A stretch of 57,406 bases of DNA, filler included, from Squatina squatina (Eukaryota), in assembly GCA_031763465.1 (NCBI GenBank). It is 4 parts of 4 records of this genome, joined end to end, with 100 filler letters (N's around TTAATTAATTAA, not from the genome) between each part and the next. Parts side by side here need not be neighbours in the genome. Positions count along the whole stretch, not along the records: positions 43,584 to 57,406 come from JARFOE010000233.1; 3 more parts are not named here. One strand, written 5' to 3'. How positions within the stretch are numbered: position 1 is the first letter of the stretch; the number at the start of each line of letters is the position of its first letter. Positions 50,552 through 57,406 of the stretch are shown here, piece by piece. A program made the translations under genes and the position numbers. A model generated the notes under the pieces. That model had not been told where the DNA came from. It did not search any database and was given only the letters and a program-made list of their open reading frames with translations.

Positions 50552-52756
50552 CTAAAACAAACAAAAAGTCGCCTTCTGCCCTAAAACCAAACATATCATT
50601 TTGCCAAAGATTTCATACTATGGCAAAGTGACAACAATGTTGACATGAAACATCATGAATAGCATGAAATGTTTTGTGATGGGACATGTTCGGGATTAGG
50701 GCAGCTAATCTACTGATACACTACATCAATGANNNNNNNNNNNNNNNNNNNNNNNNNNNNNNNNNNNNNNNNNNNNNNNNNNNNNNNNNNNNNNNNNNNN
50801 NNNNNNNNNNNNNNNNNNNNNNNNNNNNNNNNCAGTGAATCACATTTGTCAGCATTAAACTTCATCATTGTTCGGCCCACTCATTCTGTAATTTATGAGC
50901 TGCTCTCTTTGATTCCACTGCCACTCCTAGTTTGGTATCATATGAAAACTTAACTAATGTGCCTTGAGTTTTAGAATCCAAATTATTGATGTAATTTAGA
51001 AATAGTGGTCTGAACACTGGGGCACCCTACTCAGTCCTTCCCCCAAATTTACAACAGATTTACCATGGCAGAATCAGAAATGGCATAGTATAGTCCCCTT
51101 AATCGGACAGTTTTATTCAAATTGTAACCTTGTTATGTTAGCAAATTATGTTTCATGAAGTATGATCAATTTCTTTCTTATGCCCCAATTATTGTAGCAA
51201 ATAGGACCCAAATTAACACATTCTATAGATCCTGGTTACCACTAATAAAATGTACTATTTCTAGGAACTGACTCTTCTGAAACCCATGTCTTTCACAAGT
51301 ATCACAGAACATCAGACGCACCTTGAATTTTCCATCTCTATCATAACATTTGGAGAAATAAGTTTGCATGTGTAACTGCAGAGCAAATGTATGTAGTCCT
51401 TTGCACATACAGTTTTCAAAACTTAATTTTCCTCCCCAATTCGTTACAGATACAGACTGACACTGAACCAGTGAGTGCAGTACAACCATCAGGCCATTGA
51501 TATAAGGGATGGAAGAGTTTTAGCCAGCCACGCAGGCTGTTATTTTCATTGTCTTGGTGGCAAAATCTTTTAGCCTATAAGTGGAGTGTGAGGTATTAGG
51601 ACAAAGAGCTGCAATTTGCAAAACTGCTTTCAAAAAAACTCACTGTCCAAAATAACAATTTATTAAATTATTGTGAATCACATTAAGTCGGGCTATTTCT
51701 ATAAATATGTTAGACTAAAAAACACCATGAAACTATATAATCTAAATATATGTATTAGATGTTTAGTACAGGTTTTCAGATATTTACCAACTAGGAGTCC
51801 TGATGATTAATAAAACATTCAAACTTTGTGACATCATCTGAACCTTTTATTTGGGATTACGATTTTACGGTTACTTCCATTTGCTGTACTGATCATTATA
51901 GAACAGCAGTCTTTGGCGAGATTATCTACTCGTTCACTCAACAGGCACCACTGTATTGATCAAATTATCAAAGGCATTTAATTTTGTTCTCAAACTTTAA
52001 AATAGTACGTAACAGTTCTTTCTTATCACACTTGAAATCACAATTCACTTTAAAATTGTTGTCATTGAATCGCACTGCAGAAAACTTCGGGGCGATGTTT
52101 ATACACACGTAACAACTGATGGCATTCACACACATCACGATGCATGTGTGCTCTGAAAATGCAGGGTGATAAGAATGGCGCACAGCTCTGCTTACATCTT
52201 TCCTTCACCGAAACGGTGATAATTGATGACAATCCTTTTTTTAGCACCAATTATAAATAGCACGGCGCCTAATGAGCCAAACGTTTACAAGACTAACTCT
52301 TCATGAGTTGGACTCATTAGTTAGATTTACAAAAAAAATCGCTTCCTTGGCAACATAAATAAAACAAATGACTGCTATACCCACACACAATTCTCAACTG
52401 CCTTGTAGTCCATCTCACTGTTTTCATGCTCGCATCTGGTAATATGCCAACCATTGTCCGGTGAAATACAGTAGAAAGTGCATGTTTTTAAAAATATATA
52501 TTTTTTTGACCTTTGATTTTTGCTTTTCAAATCACTGTCTCCCCATCTACAGTAAGTGTCCGCTTAATATTTAAATAATAATTAGTGGGGGGGGGGGTCA
52601 ACAAAAATAAAAATGGTTGAAGCAGTTGCCTTTTCCAGAGAACTGTTGACATTGCCGCACATTTACAGTAATCTGAGTTTAGGAGCCCAGTATTTTCGAC
52701 GCGCCAATAGCTGTTGTCAGTGAGAACGATGCAGCTCCACTTTGTGCCACCCTCAC

Positions 52757-52874
52757 CTTGTACCCTGATGTAAACATCGGTCCCCGCCGCCGCCGGCTGC
52801 TCCTCCTCCGGCTTCTTCCTCACCGAGCGCCGCTTCGATACACACCCTCTGCGCTTCTCGTTTTTCCTTTTCAT
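52757..52874 (-). CDS. CDC14B: CDC14B coding exon 1 with basic NLS/nucleolar leader
   Basis: MKRKNEKRRGCVSKRRSVRKK...DVYIRVQ resembles CDC14B MKRKSERR...DVYLDITD; donor AAG|GTGAGG in phase with exon 2; CpG-rich. Confidence 0.85.
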
Positions 52875-53194
52875 GACGGCCTGAGCCCGGCACCCACCCG
52901 CTTCACATCAGCTGGGGACGGGGACGGGGANNNNNNNNNNNNNNNNNNNNNNNNNNNNNNNNNNNNNNNNNNNNNNNNNNNNNNNNNNNNNNNNNNNNNN
53001 NNNNNNNNNNNNNNNNNNNNNNNNNNNNNNTTTTTTTATTCCAGATTTACTTAATTAACTGAATCTAAATTCCCCAACTGTCTCTGGATCATTAGTCCAG
53101 GCCTAGGGATTATTATTCCAGTAACATAACCACTATGCCACACGTTCCCAGTGTGACTGCTGTCAGGAATCTGGCACAGCCGCAGAGCTGGTCC

Positions 53195-53400
53195 ACAAAG
53201 AGAACCATGCAGCCACCAAAGTATCATCGACCAGTCTGTCAGCGGGCACAAGCAACGCTTCCGCTGCCTGGACCATTTAGATGGAGCTTTGCAGTACAGC
53301 TCTGAACGTATCTCTAGATTTGTGGGAGTGTGCTGCTTGCTACATAACTTTGCGATAATAAGGGACCAGCCTTTACCACTACCTGGGTAGCAAGAATTGG
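53195..53400 (+). mobile_element. PIF/Harbinger transposase C-terminal remnant
   Basis: SIIDQSVSGHKQRFRCLDHLDGALQYSSERISRFVGVCCLLHNFAI. Confidence 0.75.
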
Positions 53401-56184
53401 AGGAGGAGAAGAAAGAGCTGAGCAGCATCGACCACCAGTGCCCCTTGCTACCTGAGCTCTTAGAGAGCAGCTTATCCAAGAGCTCTTCAAAATAGCACAG
53501 AGCAGGGATTCAATCTGATACCTTCTTAGTTTGTATGCCTCAGCTACTCGCTGACTTAACCAATGATGTAATGCTTCATAAGACTATTTCTGACTTTCAC
53601 ACTCTGTAACTTTACTCTTTATATAGTGATGACAAATCATGCCATTAAATCAATCTGGCATCCGCATTACACAGAACCCAGGGAAGGAAAAATGACTCTT
53701 CCCAGCTTTTTGGTCGTAATCCCAGAGTGAAAACGCCAAACCTCTAGAGGTCCATTTAATGAGAGGAACTTCCCAATTATGGCTGCACTCTGTCAAGTTG
53801 TTGACAGAATTGGTGCTCACAGGTGTCAGCTATGATACACGCTGTCGATTAGTTCATGAGTTCAAGAAAGCTATATTATCTGTCAACACCATGACAGCAG
53901 CCACGGAAGGTGTTTCATAAATAGAGATTGTTGTCACTCATTTGTAGGTTTCTAAAGTGTTGTTATGCAAGTTCAGAAGGTAACACTATTTCCCAGAGTG
54001 ACATTGGGGTAAAGATTCAAATTTGAATATTATTTGCCAATATATTAGCGTTGCTTTTAAAGAAATACTGTATTCAGTAAAAAACATATGTATTTACTAT
54101 TTGAAGTAAATTGATTGAGTTCATGATGGAAGTGAGCATGTGTGGTCTGGAAAGAACTCATTCTAGGCCTTTTCCGTCTTTAAATGTGCAGACTTGCTAT
54201 TTGATGTTCGGCACAGAACTATCTGTTCTTCAGTTGGTAAGAATGTGTGTTTCAGTTGCTATCTTATCTCTACATCTGGAACAACAGTCTTCACATGGCC
54301 TCAGGTTTTGTATTACATTGGTAGTGTCCAATGCAGGGAAGGCTTGACTACAGTACAAAACGCTAAACTAAAAATGAGTCCTCGGTCATTTGAATTCTTG
54401 TTTGTTTATACATATTTNNNNNNNNNNNNNNNNNNNNNNNNNNNNNNNNNNNNNNNNNNNNNNNNNNNNNNNNNNNNNNNNNNNNNNNNNNNNNNNNNNN
54501 NNNNNNNNNNNNNNNNNACAGCACATTTATTCAAAGATCTCCTTACATCATACAAACTCACTCAGTAGAAATTGTTGGAAACAATTGTGATCCACCATAA
54601 ATAACTCTAAACGTTTAAGGACATGGACAATTTTTTGAAGCACAATAATGAGATCCATAGAGGAGCTCAGCATTAAGGGAGTTAATTTAACACAAATAAA
54701 TAAAAATACTATTTTACAATACAATTCACTTACCAGAAATAGAAGAAAAATTTGTTCCTCTAACAAAATGATTGTTTCTCGAACTGCAGTGATGCTTATC
54801 TGTTTAGGGACGTAACCAGAATGGGTAGTGGTCAACCTACACGAGCAACATTTCTTTATGTTGTGTCTCCGCCCTGTTTATATGAGAGCTGGTGACAAAG
54901 TCTATTTTGAATAGAGGGCTTGTATCATTCCATGCATTTTGTAGTATAGTATGCGTGATGACATTATAGGCTGTGGGCTCCAGAAGCATCGCCCATGGGG
55001 TGGGATAGTTGCTGGCAGATGTCATTAAACTCCTGCAGGCCAAACATAACTTGGCAGAGATGGAACTGATATTTCTTTGAAAAGCACATCATTCACTTCA
55101 GTGCAGCTTTCATGGGACTTACTCAAATTTGCTTTTGGCCTAACAGGAACTGCAAGTGTGAAATTGCTTGTATAACAATTCATGACGGAATATCGCATTA
55201 CATGGAAACTGGCAGAGAAAATAAATTTGATTCTTGACTTGTGATATCTTCAAGTTAGACTTCAGAACTTAACTGTTAAATGTCATCGGGTCACTCATTA
55301 AAGGACTGCAACAGCATCCTTGCACATGTCAAATTATGTTATAGATTCAAATGCTCCAGTTGATTTGTAGCTATCATTTTAGATCTTATATTTCTATCAC
55401 CATAACACAAGTGAAATGTAATCCACCAAGGAAATTTGGTTTGCAACCAGTTTTCAATTTTACTGTCTTATAAGAAACAGAGATGAAATTTTAAATTATA
55501 TAGGACTACATTTTATTTGTGTAAAAGCTGACTATTCCTGCACTAATTTGTTTTTCTCTTGCAGTTTTCTCCTCTCCGAATGTAGTACTCACATTGGGTA
55601 CAGTTTCGTAGGTCTGAATAGTAACTCAGCTGAGGTCATTCTTCTTGTGTGAGCCCGGACAGTGAATGAGTGTCAGCAGGTTGTTCAACTGTAGAAGGCA
55701 CTTGGGGGGTGAAATTGTCCAGCGCCTCCATGGAGGCGCAATGCAAAATGTTTATGAGAGATTAACGCCTCCAATCAGAGGTGCAATGACGTTGCGAAAT
55801 TGGCTACTTCTGTCCCAGGAGGCGATATCGGGAAGCGCAAAGTGGGCACTTTAGACGCTATTCGCTGAGAGGCCCTACTGGCCCCGGAAGCGCTACGCTA
55901 CCTTTACATTGCATGGGCCTCACAGCGATTGCTGTAGATCACTCTTGAAAGAAGAATGGAGTGCCGAGTGAAGACATCATTGCTGTCTTAAGGACTTCGC
56001 AACAGATTGAAGGCAATCACACCACTCTCTTCAACTTTTTTAAGGAATGGCAAGCAGAAAAGCCTCTAGGGGANNNNNNNNNNNNNNNNNNNNNNNNNNN
56101 NNNNNNNNNNNNNNNNNNNNNNNNNNNNNNNNNNNNNNNNNNNNNNNNNNNNNNNNNNNNNNNNNNNNNNNNNTACAGCACGCA

Positions 56185-56420
56185 ATTAGGAAGGGGGTTG
56201 GAGTACAAGAGTAAGGAAGTTTTACTTCAATTGTACAGGGCTTTGGTGAGACCACACCTGGAATACTGTGTACAGTTTTGGTCTCCTGAACTGAGAAAGG
56301 ATGTGCCTTACAGGCAGTGCAACAAAGGTTCACTAGATTGATTCTGTGTTGAGAGGGCTGCCCTTTGAGGAGAGATTAACCCTATAAAAGAATGAGAGAT
56401 GATCTCATTGAAATATATAG
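56185..56420 (+). mobile_element. CR1 LINE fragment
   Basis: [32 protein letters not shown]. Confidence 0.85.
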
Positions 56421-56945
56421 GGGCCCCAACTGGTGTGGTTTCATGCCAGGGTAGTACCAATTACCCAGGCACGAAATAAGAGGCAAAAATCAACAAAATG
56501 CTGCCTTGGGCCTGGCACCCCGGTGGCATATAGGTCCCGCCGCTGGGGATGCAGTTGGCGGATTTGGAGGCAGCCGCCCCCACGATGCCACTGTCATTGC
56601 CAAGGGCCCTTAAAGGCGCGTGTCCTGCACCGGTGGCCGCCATCTTAAAACATCGGCCGATCGCCCCAAAAGAAACCACACCCCCTTGCCGGCACGTTCT
56701 CTTGCGTGCCGGCATCTTCTTAGCTGATTTCCTTGGTCCCTGGTGGTCCAGTGGGCCCTGGATCCCCTTCGGGAACGCAAGCCTGCAGCCCTTGCCTTTA
56801 AGGCAGGGTGCGGGACCGTGGCTCACACATGCGTGGTTGCACCGGCAGTGAGGCATTAGCGCAACCCGACAGTGACGTGGCATTGGCCGGGTCACCGCTG
56901 GGTCAGCGTTTTAGCGTTGCCGCATTACGCTAACCCGGAATGGTG
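56420..56945. repeat. CpG-rich interspersed element, probably a non-autonomous DNA transposon
   Basis: Abrupt GC/CpG-rich block in AT-rich DNA, no recognisable protein; similar blocks at ~6660-7060, 24800-25050, 55700-55930. Confidence 0.35.
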
Positions 56946-57406
56946 ATTAAGTCACCAAGGCCGCGTTACTGTGTGTTGTTGGTGGCGTGGCACAGTTTGA
57001 GCTATGGAACCCCGAATGCTGCGGCTGGTTTCGGTGCAGCCAATCGTTTTTCTTCCAATCCCTGAATTACATTAATTGTTGGAGTACATGAGTCATACGA
57101 ATACATTTTTACCATAATAATTAATTCACAATATCTGCTGAAGAATGCCTGGGGTTTTGAGCTGAAAATATACTTCAATTTGATTTGTCGCCCATATATT
57201 TTCTACTGTGTTATTTAATTAATTGACGAATATCAATAATTATTTTAATACGACAACTGCCTTAATACGAGCCCTTGCTAAGAAAGCCCTTGTTCCCTCA
57301 CTCCCACAGAGTGTTCCTTTACATGCCAATATCTGAGATCTGAGTAATTCTAACCAGGGGTAAAGCAGAAATCTCTGTCACTCTGTGCAATTTCATGCAT
57401 TTATCA

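Overview
Vertebrate genomic DNA, most likely a shark or other elasmobranch (inferred from DeuSINE/SacSINE-like, CR1/HER1-type, Penelope-like and Harbinger repeats and from the gene sequences). It is not contiguous: short contigs are joined by 100-N gaps, and three N44-TTAATTAATTAA-N44 linkers (16548, 29265, 43528) separate four unrelated scaffolds. Scaffold 1 (1-16503): VWA2-like exon, SH3TC1-like exons, an intronless divergent KPNA4-like retrocopy and a chitinase exon. Scaffold 2 (16604-29220): ZNF326, a divergent extra LRRC8 (VRAC) paralog and LRRC8D. Scaffold 3 (29321-43483): MHC class III-like region with NEU1, two TNF/LTA-like genes, an LTB-like gene, three B30.2 exons (one disrupted) and three minisatellites carrying immune transcription-factor motifs. 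Scaffold 4 (43584-57406): HABP4 last exon and CDC14B exons. Best leads: the extra LRRC8 subunit with an LRRC8A-type N-terminus and pore arginine on an LRRC8C-like body; the importin-alpha retrocopy with two NLS-groove tryptophans replaced; and the TNF/LT cluster with kappaB-, FOX- and ETS-motif VNTRs. Gene identities come from recalled human sequences, not database searches. Order and orientation across N gaps are uncertain.
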